Notes: generated from the letters alone by a model not told the origin. 55,294 bases of DNA from Lama guanicoe (GCA_013239625.1 MU053365.1:1031566-1086859); one strand, 5' to 3'; shown: positions 22,516-36,725, counted from the stretch's first letter. Program-made: numbers and translations.

Positions 22516-25500
22516 CAAAAAAATTACAACGGATGATATTTATTTTTGTCCAAAACAAGGTGAAATTATAATTCATAGGAAGTTGAAACAATTTTTCTTC
22601 CCTTTCTTCCTCTTCATGGATTTTCTTCCCTTTCATCTTTTTTTCTATATGGTATAAGGCTAATCTGTATCCCTGCAATTCCTTTGTTTGCATTACAACT
22701 CGGAGATGCCATAATCAGGAACCTTTTATTATCTTTTTTCATTTTCTTTAGTGCAATTGAACCTACTAGTAGAAGTCACATGATTTTCAACAAACTTTCA
22801 TTCTAACAGTGCCTGCCTCCACGTGTCCAGATCTGTGCCAAGCCCTTCATAAACATTTTCTCAGTTAATATAGGCGGCGAATCATTGAAAATTAGAAACA
22901 GCTATAATATTGCATAAGACTGATCTTTCAAAGACCACAAGTAATTTAGTGGTACCAAAAGTGAAAGACAAACAAAATGAATCTAATTTAGAAATCTTTA
23001 TTTTCATCTTGACAGATGCATTCATTCATTACTAAAATGAAAACTTACTGAGTATCTACTATGTGGCCCTGCCTGTGATGGCAGAATGATGTAACAGATT
23101 CTTCCTGAAGTCAACTTTGAGGGGATGTTAAGAGTCATAGAGTCATTGAAATAAACATAAACACTGGTCTACAAATGCAAAGGACTGAATAAAAGAATGT
23201 GTTTAAACCCCATGGAGGGGAGAGAAGAAGACAGGCAAGATCATTCCCTACACTTCCATATACATTTTTCCGGCATTCTTTCTATCTATATAATACATTG
23301 AAGTCCCACTGTTTCACCATCCTTCGGGTCAAAGCCACAGAACTGCTTGGTCATTGCAAGTTCACGATTCCCTGAATTGTTTCTAGCACTACCAGTAACT
23401 GAATACCATTGGAACTGGTCCAAGGTGTGTAATGACAAATTCCATGCTAGGTACTATACAGAGAAGATCACATGATGTTTGGAGATCCATATGTCGTGTT
23501 CTGGCTCCAAATCTTCACTTTCCTATCATTGTGTAATGTAAGATCTTCCAGACAAGAAAAAAGTTGAGCTGTCTCAAGGCCCATCTACTGCTCCTGATGC
23601 CCAGGAGTCTGAGGTGTCTGTTAGAGGATAAGGCACAAGAAGGATTTTTTCAAGCTGCATTCACGTGTATTGCTGGAACCTGAAATAAGAAATTACTTAG
23701 AAAACCAGCAACCACAAGGCCTGCAAAGAGAGCAAAAATTACATAAAAAACACAAGTGAACCACACCCCAAATCTGAGAGCTTCTGTTCAATGATGGAAG
23801 CTTCTGGTAAATTTCTCTGCTCATGCTTTTTATTCTTCATTTATAAGCTCTCTATGAAAACGAGGCAATAAGTCAAATATAAAGCAAAAATAATAAGCAA
23901 TTGTTGAATGACTTGGACATGAGGAAAAGTGAATTAGAAAAGGCTGGAAAGAGCAAGAGTTCTGTACCTTACAGAAAACCTCTCGATATTTTCCGGATTT
24001 CCTTACCCTCTTTCTTCACACAGGCTGAATGCAAGTGCCTAGCATTTGCCATTTCAGCTTACCAGTTAACCTCTGATCACACCTTCACTTCAGAGGCACT
24101 CATTTATACATAAAATTGCCAGCCCCAAATAATGAATTCAAATGTATAAGGTTTGAAAAATCATTGTAAAATGACTAGCTGGCTGTGGGGGCACTCTAGA
24201 GGGTATAAAGGGCATTCATATCCATTGTATCACTGGGTGTTTAACATAAATAATTTGAAACTTTTCATCTTACATTCTTCTGATATGTGGATGTTCACAC
24301 CATCATTTTCTAGATAAATGTACTCTGTTTGCAATAGATGCTATCTATCACTGTCAGTAAATTAACTTTCACAGTAGCCTTAAAATGGCAATCCTTACAA
24401 GAAAGGCAACATTAAAAACAACAATCCTCAATTGAAAGCCCTGTTGGAGGCCATAAAAATCTTTGTTAATGGACTTGGTACTCCATAGCAACAATGGGCA
24501 CAGAGGCTCAGTATACTGTGGGAAGTGCAGATAGAGCCCCTTTGGGAAAATAAAACAATAAAATCTATGTTTGAGGGACCTGATTTTCATGCCAGCAGTT
24601 AGCTTCTTCGCACTTTTTAAAATGCAAAATCCTCACTTCCATGTGCAGTGCACCTGGCTAGCTAGCTAACCTCTGACTGTGACAGTAAGTCCACCTAATG
24701 GCACCTGTATGAACAAAAACCTGGCTGTGATTGTTTTCTGAATGGGGCTCATCCAACATGTAGTATTACTCCAGACATGCCCCTTCCTCATTCGGGCAAA
24801 CAAGTCACTAAGGACTCAGAGGAGACAGCGTTCGCAGGCTCATTCTGCAAAAGGGAGGCACTCTTTTACTGCTGTGATGGGGGGGAGTCGGTAAAGGGAG
24901 AGAACGTTTTTCAATAAATAGACTATAAGAAAACCTGAGTACTGAAATAAAATTGAAAAGGAAAGCACATTTATCAGAGGGGGAAAAGATTTATTCAAAT
25001 ATTAAAGCTCTCATGTTACCTCTGTTTTGGTTTGAGATATTTGTATTTTAATACCTCTGCATTCCAGCTTCTCCTCTTACTGGATGGGAAGCTAAGTTTC
25101 TACCCCGTGCTCATGATTATGCTGTCAGCTAAATGATCAATCATGCTATCGCCAATTTCACATTGAGACTTCACGGCAGGGTGAAATCAGAGAACAAAAT
25201 GGCTGTGGGGGAAGAATTTGTTTAAATACGGCTAGTTTGGGGAACTGGCAAAATGGTAAAAAAAAAAATGATGGAAAACATATGAAGTGTAAATGCATCT
25301 ATCTTTAAGGCAGATCCATTTCAAAGCTTTCTGCAGCACGAAAGTCATTGTGTGATGCATCTGAGTGTTTAGACTAGTAAAATACTGTAATAGGGTTGCA
25401 ACTAAATGCCAATATTTCAGTCCATCGACTATGGGCACTGATTTGCATTTACTGCATGTCTCTAAACTATATGAATACAAAGAATACACTGAAGGCTACT

Positions 25501-26329
25501 TATGAAATGAATCTTGATTTTGTATTTACAACCAGAGAAATGTTTTAAGAAAACCCAACAGCCACAAATCCCAAGCAAGAGAAATCAACGCAATCGGAAT
25601 GAAGCCCTGTAATATTTTCAACCAACCGATATTAGAGCCTATTCTGTATGTGTAAAGTCCCACATGCGACACAGGAGCCTGGAGAGAGAAGGAGCTCTAT
25701 GTCACAAACACTCCAACAGTGGTTCGGAAGCAAGGCATTCCGGAGAAAGCAGGCAAGCCTGGGTTCTGATTCAGAATCAAACCCCTTCCATTTAACTTCA
25801 GCAAGCAAGCAATGTTTATTTCTTTTAATATTGATATTACATTTAAATGCAAGTTTTGAATGACTGCTCTCTAAAGATTGGACTGATAGAGATGATCTAC
25901 TATTACAAGGGCAGATCATGCTTGCTTAAAATCAATCATTTTAACTCTGCCTTTGTAATACATTCATGATACAAACAATCCCTTCTTCATGCCAGGGCTG
26001 CCATTAATTCTAATCTTATAGTGCTCTCTACTGGCGATAAATTATGTGAGACCTCATTAGATAGCGAAAGGCCTAATTAACTTCTCATCTTAGGCTCACA
26101 TTCCCATTCAAGTCCAGCATAGTACCACCCAATTCACTGCGTTGGATAATCAGGAATCCAAGGTGCAGCAAGAATCTCCCTCATGTATGGAGGGAAAGAG
26201 GTGCACTTCCCGGTGAATCACAGCATCAGAGGCACCCATGAAAAAAAGTCCCCGGCTTCAGAATGGAAACATTTAGGCAGGTTAGCTAGCTGTAAGGCAA
26301 GGAGGGTAAAAAATGTTAAATGAGGAATC

Positions 26330-26520
26330 ACAAATTGGAGTGGACACCTGGCTTTGGGCCACAATAGCCATGTGACTCTAAGTAATTGTAACTTTTTGAG
26401 CTTTAATTTTCTCATCACTAAAATAGGAATCATAATTCCCACCCTACCTATTTTATCAAGTTGTTGTAACAAATGAGATCATAGGTGAGACTACTTTGTA
26501 CAAACAATATTATTATCATC
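26330..26520 (+). mobile_element. MIR SINE
   Basis: TAGCCATGTGACTCTAAGTAATTGTAAC...TTTCTCATCACTAAAATAGGAATCATAAT. Confidence 0.75.
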
Positions 26521-26949
26521 TTTATCATTACAGTAAAAGACACTATTTTCCTTAGATCATTGAAGCTTAAACGTTTTTAGCTTTTTATCAGTGGGATTTT
26601 TTAAAACATAATCTTACATGGGACTTTAATCCATCAGATTGTTTTTATTAGTAGAGTTGTGTTGTGCAAGTTCAAAGGTGTAACTATTTATTTATTATTA
26701 AGTCAGTTAATGACAAGAATAAAACTTTCAGGATATACATGAAGTTTTGAAATCTGGGGTCATGGTTGTCAACTGAACTGAAGTGATATTTGCCTCAATA
26801 TCTAATTTGTTTCCGGACTGCCTTTGGTTGCCTAGTATCAGAAAATTATAATTCATATAGATAAGCATCTGTAAATGACATAGGGTTTTTTTTAAATTGC
26901 CTCAAAATGTCAGCATTATACTTCAACTCAAGTGATCCAGAAGCTTGAA

Positions 26950-27170
26950 CAGTGCTCAAACTATTCCCTATGTACCAGGTGTTTTCCAAGGACTTCATGT
27001 ATATTAACTCATTCAATTCTCCTAATAACCCAATGAGCTAGTTGTTTCTAAAGTCACCACTTTTCAAAGATAAGGAACCAAGACAAAGGGGATTAAGAAA
27101 TGTACTCCAGGTGACACGGCTAGTCTGGTGTCAGAATCCATGCCCCTAACCACTTTGGTACATTGCCTTC
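26950..27170 (-). mobile_element. MIR SINE
   Basis: CTATGTACCAGG...ATATTAACTCATTCAATTCTCC...GATAAGGAACCAAG. Confidence 0.75.
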
Positions 27171-27900
27171 TACAGAGGAAATGCTTCTTGGGAAGTTGAC
27201 CTACTAACAAGCTTTCACAACTGCTAGAAATCCCGAACTAGCAAATGCTAAATATGGAGTTAAACAATGAATGGGATTCTGAACCAGCTTAAATCTTCAC
27301 TATTTGGCAAAATACGTTTCCTAATATATCTTGTTCTGACAGCATCCTTTTCAAAATACATGAGATATCTCAGTGCCTATCTGTCAGGTAGTCCCTGGAA
27401 TTTCAAAACAGCCAAATTTATTTTGTTTTCTATAATAAGTACAAATTTAGATTTTCAATCCATTGCTAAAACTACACCTATAAGCCCTGTAACAGAATAA
27501 GTACACATTGCCTAACTGGGTTCCTTCTGCTTATTAAAATTCAGACAAGAGTATCCCAAACAGGCCTCAGCACTAAATGGTAAAATGTCATTTTATCACC
27601 ATGGGATGCACTCCACGCCCTCCTGTTCCTATTATACAACTTCTCCTCCCCTGGCAACTGGAGGAGAGCAAGTACCTGAGCCTCGTCTGGCATTTAATTG
27701 GGCCCAACACACATGTGGTGGAGTAGTTCCCTCACATGTACGATCCCATGCTCAGGAATATGTCTCAGCTTGATATTTTAGCTCCACTTAATCTTAATTT
27801 TAGCTCCTCTTAATCTACAACCCATACATATAGTTTAAGTAAATATATATACACACAGAGCAGGAGTTTTATTGAAAAATCTGCACAAAAACTATTCTGC

Positions 27901-28740
27901 AGAGATGGCCAACAGGCACACGAAAAGACGCTTAACATCACTAATCATCAGGAAAATACAAACCAAAACCATAATGAGACATCACCTCACACCTGTTAGA
28001 AAGGCCATCATCAAAAAGACCACAAATAACAAATGTTGGCTAGGATGTGGAGAAAAGGGAATCCTAGTAGATTGTTGGTGGGAATGTAAATTGATACAGC
28101 CGCTATGGAAAACAGTACGGAGGTTTCTCAAAACACTAAAAATAGAACTATCACATGATCCAGTAATTTCATCCCTGGGTATATACCCCCAAAAAACCCA
28201 AAAACACTAATTCAAAAAGATACATGCATCGCAATGTTCAGAGCAGTGTTATTTACAACCGCCAAGACATGGAAGCAATCTAAGTGTCCATTAACAGATG
28301 AATGGATAAAGAAGATGTGGTATATACACAGTGGAATACTACTCAGCCATAAAAAAGAATGAAGTAATGCCATTTGCAGCAATATGGATGGACTTGGAGG
28401 GCATTATGCTGAGTGAAGTAAGTCAGACAGAGAAAGGCAAATATTGTATGATATCACTTATATATGGAATCTAAAAAATGCAACAAACTAGTGAATATAA
28501 TAAAAAAGAAGGAGACTCACAGATACAGAGAATAAACTAGCGGTTACCAGTGGGAAGGAGGGGAGGGGCAACAGAGGGGTGGGGGAGTGGGAGGGTCAAA
28601 GTACTGGGTGTAAGATAGGCTACAAGGGAGTATTGTACAACATGGGGAATATAACCAATATTTTTTGATAACTGTAAATGGAGTGTAACTTTTTAAAATT
28701 ATATAAAAATTAAAAAATTTTTAAGAAATAAAATAAAATA
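27901..28740 (+). mobile_element. 5'-truncated artiodactyl-type L1 (ORF2 C-terminal remnant, 3' UTR, A-tail)
   Basis: ORF 27872-28210 gives MANRHTKR...[18 protein letters not shown] (degenerate CCHC); G-rich 3' UTR; degenerate TSD ACAAAAACTATTCTGCA / ACAAAATATTGTTCTGCA. Confidence 0.92.
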
Positions 28741-31700
28741 TACAAAATATTGTTCTGCATAAAGCATAGGTAAGTGTGCTGCTGGGCTCCGGAGTTACCC
28801 TGTTACTTTGCCTGCTTGAACGACCTCTGCTACGTTTTAAGGGGACTCCAAAGAAGCAAATCTGGCAGCTTTGGAAAAGTCCCCCTTTCTTCTGGATATT
28901 TAGAAAATATAAGTACCACTGTAAGATTTTAACAATAACTGTCAACAAGTGATAAATCTGGGGAAAATGGAAATACAAGTAATATTTAAGTATTAATTAC
29001 AGATTTAAAAAGTACTCTGTTGATTGAGCAACATTACGAGGTTTTATTTATAACCCAGCATATCCATAAAATTACATTTGGTATATTTACAGACATGAAA
29101 GCCCTGAAAAATAGAGAAATGATAGGAAAATGTATTATATGATAATAAAATAATTCATCATAATTAAGCCCTTCCTCCTTCATCTTTTCAATTCCCCACC
29201 CCCTGGTCTGCACATTTATGAAGAATGCCAACTTAGAAATTCTTTAAATTCTAAACTTTGGTTTACATAAAACCAGTATGTTTCCTTTTCCTACTTGTTC
29301 TTTCTGATTGATTATAACTGTGTTACAGATTTAATTAAAATTTATACTTCATTTTTGCATATTTGTGACAACTATTTCTTTTGAACACTGCGATAAAGTT
29401 GGTAATGTATATAAAATGGAGGAATTGATATGAAGCGATATTCCTAATCACTAAATCAGAGTCAGAACTAGGGATAGTAGACATTGGACTAGTGATTAGT
29501 TGTTTAAAAAACAGAATTATATGTGACTAAGTTATATATTACTAAAACACACTAAGATTTCTGATTGTTTAATACTTTTATTCATCTTGACATTTCAAAA
29601 CATTCTAACCCCAAAATGTTCTTTTTTGTCAAACTATAAACTCTCAGACGTCGACTGTCATCAAACAGAAAATCTCAGGTGAATGGCATGCTGGGATTTC
29701 TTCAATCTGTTCAACGGAGCAGGCAAAAGAAAACTAGTAAGTTCAACCAGGGCAAGGGGGCACTGACCCAACTGCAGGGTGTTTGTTATAGCAATGTCTT
29801 AAGTTTAAAGGAACTCTTAAATGCATGGCTTGATACAGGAAAGAGTCAAATCTAGGTATAAGAACCCAGTCAGTGGGTAAGTATTCAAAACAAACCTAGT
29901 CCCAGTGGGGAACTCAAAACCAAAACATGAACTCAGGCAGAGAAAACAGACTAACGTGGTGGAAATGGGAAGGCTGTGATTTGGTGAGTGTATGAGGGGA
30001 CAAGGGGAACAAGAACACCACCAAGCACACCAGATGTTCAGGGTTAATGGAGATGAAGCTAGCTCTAGAATCCAGCAACCACAAGGATCTTTTGGCTCTG
30101 CTCACATTAGAGAGGTTCAGCAACTGGACTGGGATTTAGCCTTCAAAACCCCAAAGATAGCTGAAAAAAGTTTCTCTCCAAAAGGTGATGTCATCCAGGA
30201 TGTCATGAGATAAACACATTCATAAACACAGGCATCCTGAGTGCACATATGTACACGCATACACATATACATGTATGCATATATGATCTGGAAACCTCCC
30301 AAATCATTCTATGTTTTCATCCGCACTATTCAAACTGACTCCATGAGTCACAGACAGAACACCCTTTCTCACACAGAAACACCTCTGCACTTGTCCCCAT
30401 CTAGCTCAACCACGGCTGGTATTGTTGTAGTTGCTCTCTTGTTCTCCTAATGGCCCTTAAGAACCCTAAATTCTGGCATGCTCTTTTTAGGTGGAAATTG
30501 TTATTAGCACCCAGAGAATGATTCCCAATAAGAATGGGTGACCCAAGCCTAAATGGGCCAAATGGAGAGAGAGCAAGCACAAAGTTCTTTTGCTGTCCTT
30601 GGCTCTTGGATTGGTAGGCTGCCCTTGTTTGCAAAAGCCTGAACTTCTGCCAGTAGCTTCGGCACATCCCTGTTTGATAACTTTAAAGCAGGCACTTAGC
30701 AGGATTTTCATTTCACTTTACTTCTCAGTCATATATCCACTTGGCCCAGACTTAGGCTCAAAAGGCCTCAAAAATTTTTTTTCCTTTTAAAATCCAAACT
30801 TATGTTCAGAACTTACATGCAACAATGAGAAGACTAAATTGACACAGGGAGACGTGGTGACTTCCAATTCCAGCCATGCCAGTCATTTGGCATCAAAATA
30901 TGCACCAGCTGTGAGTGTTTGGATCTTTATAAGTCAGAGGATGCTGGAAAGCTGACAAGATACTACTGTGAAACAGTTTTCAATCCCTTGATGTCTGCTC
31001 TGCCCCCTTATTTTCATATTTTGTTCCCCATGTAAGTGTATAATATGTTTTTAAATGAAGGCAGAATCTCATGAGTCTGTACACAGGTTAGCTCTGTACT
31101 TCTGCAAGGCCTTTGGGATAACCTCACTAACTTCACCATTTGTTGTGGTCATCCTTTATCATCTGCCAGCCTATTTTCTCTTAAAGGGCTCTAGCAGTAA
31201 TAACAAGTGATCATCATAATATATGTACCATAAAAAGAGGAGAGGGAAGTGAATGAATTTACAAGCAGTAGTTTCTCCAGGACTTGATCTTCTCCTCCAG
31301 AAGTCAGTGAATTCCCCATGGATTTCAACAGGAAATTGGCCTGCTAAGGGGTTATGGGTGATAGGGCCTTAAAAGCGGCTTATGAGCTACAATTCCTAGT
31401 CCAGGACCACTTTGCCTTTGTTCATTAGTGCTTATGAGGAAATAAAATGCATCTTTTAATTTTGCCTTTATTGCATTTTTGTGAAAGGAAAAATATTTAA
31501 GTTTGTTAGGGATAAATATATTTTCTTATTACTTATTCATATGCATATTAAATCTCATAAACTCAAGGTGCCAAATTCTAAGCTGCTGATGAGGGTGAAT
31601 CTTCATGCTTTCCATCTACTCAACTGAGTCAGCAAGACGCTCAGGCCTTCGACTGTGCTTTACAATCAAACGCCACTGGGGGCGGCACATACCCATTACC

Positions 31701-32619
31701 TATGGTACCTCCTTTCCTTCACACACAGCAGGGGAAGAAACAGAGGGTAGAACATCAGGCACAAGCAAGTAATATCAGTACAAAAATTCTTCTCCTCCAT
31801 GCCAAAAGACCTTGTTAGAGATCAGAACTGAGCTTTTTATCTAAACAAGAAACTAATTGATTGCTTTTAGTTTCCAACTGCCCCCAGTGTGATTTTATAG
31901 GAATTCCACGTTTGAAATGAAAGTTGATAGAGACAAAGGTATTTTCTCAACCGAAGTTTTCACAGGACTGGAGCTTCCCGTCCAGGGCAGATTAATTGAT
32001 TTATAGTCAGCACAATGCTGGTAATACTAACAGGAAATATAAAGAGAGGAACTCATATTATGTCTTGGACTCAGGCAATTTGCATTAGGTAAAAAAAAAA
32101 ATCATTTCCAGAACTGTCTGTCAGCCAAAGCACAGTTTTTAAATCATAAAACCAAGCCACAGATGCAAAGGTCACCCAACATAAAATTATGAGCATAACT
32201 AGGGGGAAAAAGCCCTTTATGTGTCAAGAACAGGAAGTGATTTTGTGTTTCTCTACAAAAATTTACAGTCAGCAGCTGAAGGCAGAAAAAGCAATAAATT
32301 ATAACAATTACATCCAAAGTAACTTGCCGTTTCCATTCAAGGTCACAGAGCTTGATACAAAAGTCATGGCACAATGTAAGACAGCAAATAATCTGCAGGG
32401 TAAATTATATATATACTTTTGATTTTTCATATTTATTTCTTGTGTACAGGTCCTATTCATGTCCCTTATGAGAGAAGAAGGAAGGACTGAGAAAAGATCC
32501 ATTGCTCCCCATCTGCTATGCCCTGGCAGAAGTGAGTGGACCTATAAACAAGCCAATGCTCTTCAGTAGGTGTTAAAGAATGGACTCATTTCACGCCCCC
32601 TCCATTTCCGGTATCTCTC

Positions 32620-32830
32620 CCACTGGCACCGCTACAATTCACTTAGTAGAAAATCCAGTGTTGATCTGCTATGTTCTGGGCACTGTTTGAACTGCTTCTC
32701 ATATGCTATCTCAAACCATCTTCACAAAAGCCTTGCGAGGCAGATACGCATACCCTTGTTTTATAGATTAGACACACACGCACACACACACACAGCAGGT
32801 GGCCCTAGTCACTATTTGAATTCCACTCTG
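32620..32830 (-). mobile_element. MIR with embedded (CA)n at 32772-32794
   Basis: CTATGTTCTGGGCACTG...CATCTTCACAAAAGCCTTGCGAGGCAG...TTTTATAGAT. Confidence 0.65.
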
Positions 32831-33339
32831 TTTGCATACAGGCTCTTGAACTGTTGGTCTTGAACACAGAAACAGTGGGTCCTTTTCCTGGGTCCTCACT
32901 GATAGCTTAGAACCACTGACTTTGTCATTTACAGTTGGAATGATTTCTCTTCTACATGGTTTATAATGTTGATTATACACATTCTTTGATTTCTCCTCCA
33001 AAGAACAAGGGGGAAAAGTGTCACCCAGTTATCTCTATATTATTCCACTTTGATGGCAAGCACTGGATTTTATAAAGAACTCTTCTCTTCCTCTCCTCCA
33101 AGTTCCTGTCCCAGCCAGCACACTGCTTTTGCCTCAGGAGCCTATGAGAAAATGTCCATCCTTTTCTCTAGCCCTTCCTTTGCTCCACAAGGGAAGAGGA
33201 AGGGTTCATCAGGATCCTAGGCCTGGGGCAGAAGTCACTGTGCAGGCAAGAAGATTCTCTTCCTCTCCCTCTGGCGAGCAGACTAAGCAGGGCTTTGCCT
33301 CTTGACTGCTGTTCTTCAGCTACTCCACCCATGAGAGAA

Positions 33340-33852
33340 TGTGATGGCAAATTGTACATGTCAACCTGACCAGGCCATGGTACCCAAATATTTAGTCAAA
33401 ATTTATTCTAGATGTTTCTGTGAAGGTATTTTTAAAATGAGACTAACATTGAAACCAGTAGGCTTTGCGTAAAGCAGAATACCATCCCATAACATGGGTG
33501 AGCCTCATCCAATCAGTTGAAGGCCTTAAGAGAAAATGAATGATCTCCTCAAAAGAATAAGGAATTCTGTCAGAAGACTGCCTTTGAGCTTGAATTGCAA
33601 CTTTTCCATATATCTACAGCCTGCTGGCCTATCCTGCAGATTTTCAACTTGCCAAGCCTCCACGATTGTATGAGCCAATTCCTTAAAATAAATCTCTTGA
33701 CAGATAGATAATCAATAAAAATGCATAGATAAAATATATAAATTTATATTAATCTAGATTTATCTTAGCTATATATTTATATCTAAATCTCTATATCTAT
33801 CTATATCTCCATCCTGTTGGTTCTGTTTCTCTGGATAACCTTGACTAATACA
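33340..33852 (+). mobile_element. ERVL solo LTR (MLT2B-like)
   Basis: TGTGATGG...GTCAACCTGAC...CTCATCCAATCAGTTGAAGGCCTTAAGAG...GGTTCTGTTTCTCTGGATAACCTTGACTAATACA; TG...CA ends. Confidence 0.9.
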
Positions 33853-34244
33853 GATAGGGTAGGCTGCATCATGCAAAAAGCTAGGTATGCTCATGTTGGT
33901 TCCAATTCTGGGGGAAAAAAGCAGGCATAAGATATTAAATGACTATAAAACACCCAATCATATCCTGAATGAGTTTATGTATCACTGACTACTCTGTACA
34001 TAGTAGACCTCCAATAAATATCTCTTGAGTGAATGACTTTGTGTTATAAACATGGCTAACTTCTATTTTCAATGCATCATGCCACATAAAATCCTAGACA
34101 GTGAAGTTTATCTGTCTTCAATAAGGGAGCTGAGATGACTGAATTTAAGCAAAACCTGGCCTTACAGTTTCATGTCACATAGAGAGGACTGCAGAGATTA
34201 CTGGAAGTTAGTCAGTCAATTCTCTCCCTGATACCTGAACAAGA

Positions 34245-34886
34245 TACATTCATTTTCTATTGTGTAACAAATTACTGCAGACTTGGTGGCTTAAAACAAC
34301 ACTCATTTATTAACTCAGTGTTCTGTAGCTCAAAAGTCTAGGCAAGCCCATCTGGGTTCTCTGTTTAGGGCCTTATGAGGCCAAAATCAAGGTATCAACA
34401 ATTGGAAAATCAAGGTGAGCCAGGCTGGACTCTTATTTAGAGGTTTTGGGGGAAGAATCAACCTTCCAAGCTCATTTAAGTTGTTGGCAAAATTCAATTT
34501 CTTGCAGCTATAGGACTGAAGTCCCATTTTCTTACTGGCTGTTGGCCATGGACCAGTCTCAGCTCCTAGCGGCCACTCCCAGACCCTTTCTACATAGCCC
34601 CTCAATATTCAAATCAGCAGTAGTACACTGAATCCTTTCTCATTCTTTAAATCTCTATGACTTCCTCTTCTGCTTCCTGATTTAAAAAAAAAATTTCTGC
34701 CTTTCAGGGACTCACATGATCAGGTTAGGCCAGCCTCCACAATTTCCTACCTTAAGGTCAACTGGTTACTAACCTTAATTACATCTCCAGAATTCCTTTT
34801 GCCATGTAGCAATATAACCGTGGGAGCAACACCAGGGGTGGGTGAGTGAAGGTCGTGGAGGCTATCTTAGAATTCTGCCTGCCACA
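34245..34886 (-). mobile_element. MaLR solo LTR (MLT1E-like)
   Basis: TTTTCTATTGTGTAACAAATTAC...GGTGGCTTAAAACAAC ... ATCTTAGAATTCTGCCTGCCACA. Confidence 0.87.
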
Positions 34887-34901
34887 AAGACTCATGCAGA
34901 C

Positions 34902-35376
34902 TGCCAAAGAGAAATTATTCTGGCACTTGTTAAAATGGTAAGGAAGATTTTGGTCAAGATTATTGCAATAGGGGAGAAACTATTACAATAAGGGAGAGAG
35001 ACTGGACTAAATCCCCAATACAGCAAAGATAATTGGAGATCTGTAGCCAATGAGAAGAGTGAAGAGGTCAGTGGATGGAAAATTACGAAGTGTAACTTGA
35101 CTAGATATCAGGATAGGGAGATGCTTACTAAACTGACTTAATAGGATTCTTGCTAAAGGCAGGCCAAAGCCTTAGATATAAAGGGTGGAGGATGAGAAGC
35201 TTGGTCATCATAAAGGAGCAGAGAAGAGGAGCCTGATTAGATAACAAAGGTAAGGGGATTCTCAATCAATTGGCTTAGCAAGATTCTTTGCTAAAACTGG
35301 CTCAGCAGGCCAAGGTCAAGGCCTAATGGAGAAGAGGGGTCTAACTAAAGTTTGGTTAAGGAAGGAATCTTTATCA
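34902..35376 (-). mobile_element. ERV1-class solo LTR (MER31-like) with perfect 4-bp TSD
   Basis: Minus strand begins TGATAAAGATTCCTTCCTTAACCAAACTTTAG and ends AACAAGTGCCAGAATAATTTCTCTTTGGCA; AGAC at 34898-34901 and 35377-35380. Confidence 0.8.
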
Positions 35377-36299
35377 AGACACCTGACAGTCTTACAAGCA
35401 GGTAGGACTATACAAGGCTTAACATGTAAGTAGAGAGAATAAGTGGTTATCCATGTAATGATACTAAGGGATTTTAATGAATTCCTTGCCAAAAAATCTC
35501 TTCTCTCCAGGTCATTACATGGTACTATCCAAGGGAAGTGAAAATGAAGGGGACAACAATATAGAAAGGGGAAGTTAGAAGGTATCACAGGCAAATTTCC
35601 TCTTGGTCAATATGCCTGAAGACAAGCCTGGTCATCTGCTATGATGAATCATCTTCACTGACATTTTATAACAACTCTCTATCCCAAGGCCTTGAGTTCT
35701 TATTTCTAATCACTGTGTAGCTAAGAGGTCTCATGCAAATCAACACAATGCCATACACACCAGGGACACTTGAATGTATTTTCATTACAGCCCATTTTTT
35801 TAAACCAGAAAAAGTAACCACAACACAGAGAAAAAAGTTGATATATATATACACACTCCTCAGTGTCTTTACCAAAGTTAAGAATTACCAAAAAGTTCAA
35901 ACTAATATCTTAGATCTGTGACACGGAGACAGAAATTAAGAATAGGTTCAAATGTCTAGTGATACATTTCAGCTTGAGATATACCATCTCCTTTAAGGTT
36001 TAAGTGTTTCTAAATTGCCTTTCATACATAAACATGTATGAAAACAGTAGGGCTGGAAGAGCCCTTAGAGACGATCTAGCTATTCAAACCCCTCAATATA
36101 CATATGGAGACACTTGGCTTAGGAGGGGTCTAAATCCTTCCTTGTGGGAAATAACAATTTTTCAAGCCTGATTGGGTTATTCTAGAAAATTCCAGCTATA
36201 GAACAGCTGTAATGTGAGCTCAGATTAACTTATTTAGGCATGTGGAAGATGGCACTTACAGGACATGACTTTCTCACCCCCATACTATCCTCAATCCTC

Positions 36300-36725
36300 A
36301 CTGTTCTCTAAATCCTGGACTTTGATGCCTCCATAATCTTGCGCACACTGTCACCTAGATTTAGAAAGGTTTATCACACCATTCAGACTCATTTTTTAAA
36401 ACAAATTTAAAATGTCATCTCCTTTCTGTATCTTACCTGAACCTGACCCCTCATCTCACCACTATTTTCAAGCAGAAAACATGGTTTCCTCTATTTTGTC
36501 ACTTATCATATAATATTATGATGAGTTCTTTAAATGTCTGTCTCTTCTTCAGGAGCAGAGATCTTACCTTATTGAATTTTATATTATCCTCACCTAGCAC
36601 AGTATCTGGTACAAGAGCCTAAGAATTTGTTTTGTGGAACTCAGTGGATTGGGTTGGTTGGTTGGTTGATTGGTATTCAGGTAAACTGGCTGGATGGTTG
36701 GTGGACTGGCTCATTGGTGGATTGG
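36300..36725 (+). mobile_element. L2 3' fragment followed by a (TTGG)n-like tail
   Basis: AAATGTCATCTCCTT...GAGCAGAGATCTTACCTTATT...CACCTAGCACAGTATCTGGTAC; GGTTGGTTGGTTGGTTG. Confidence 0.7.

Noticed and set aside
28551..28595. G-quadruplex-capable tract
   Set aside because: Standard polypurine tract of L1 3' UTRs
31671..31690. CTCF-like CGCCACTGGGGGCGGCAC (also 5985-6002)
   Set aside because: Core spacing is one base off the CCASYAGRKGGC consensus; not supportable without a PWM scan
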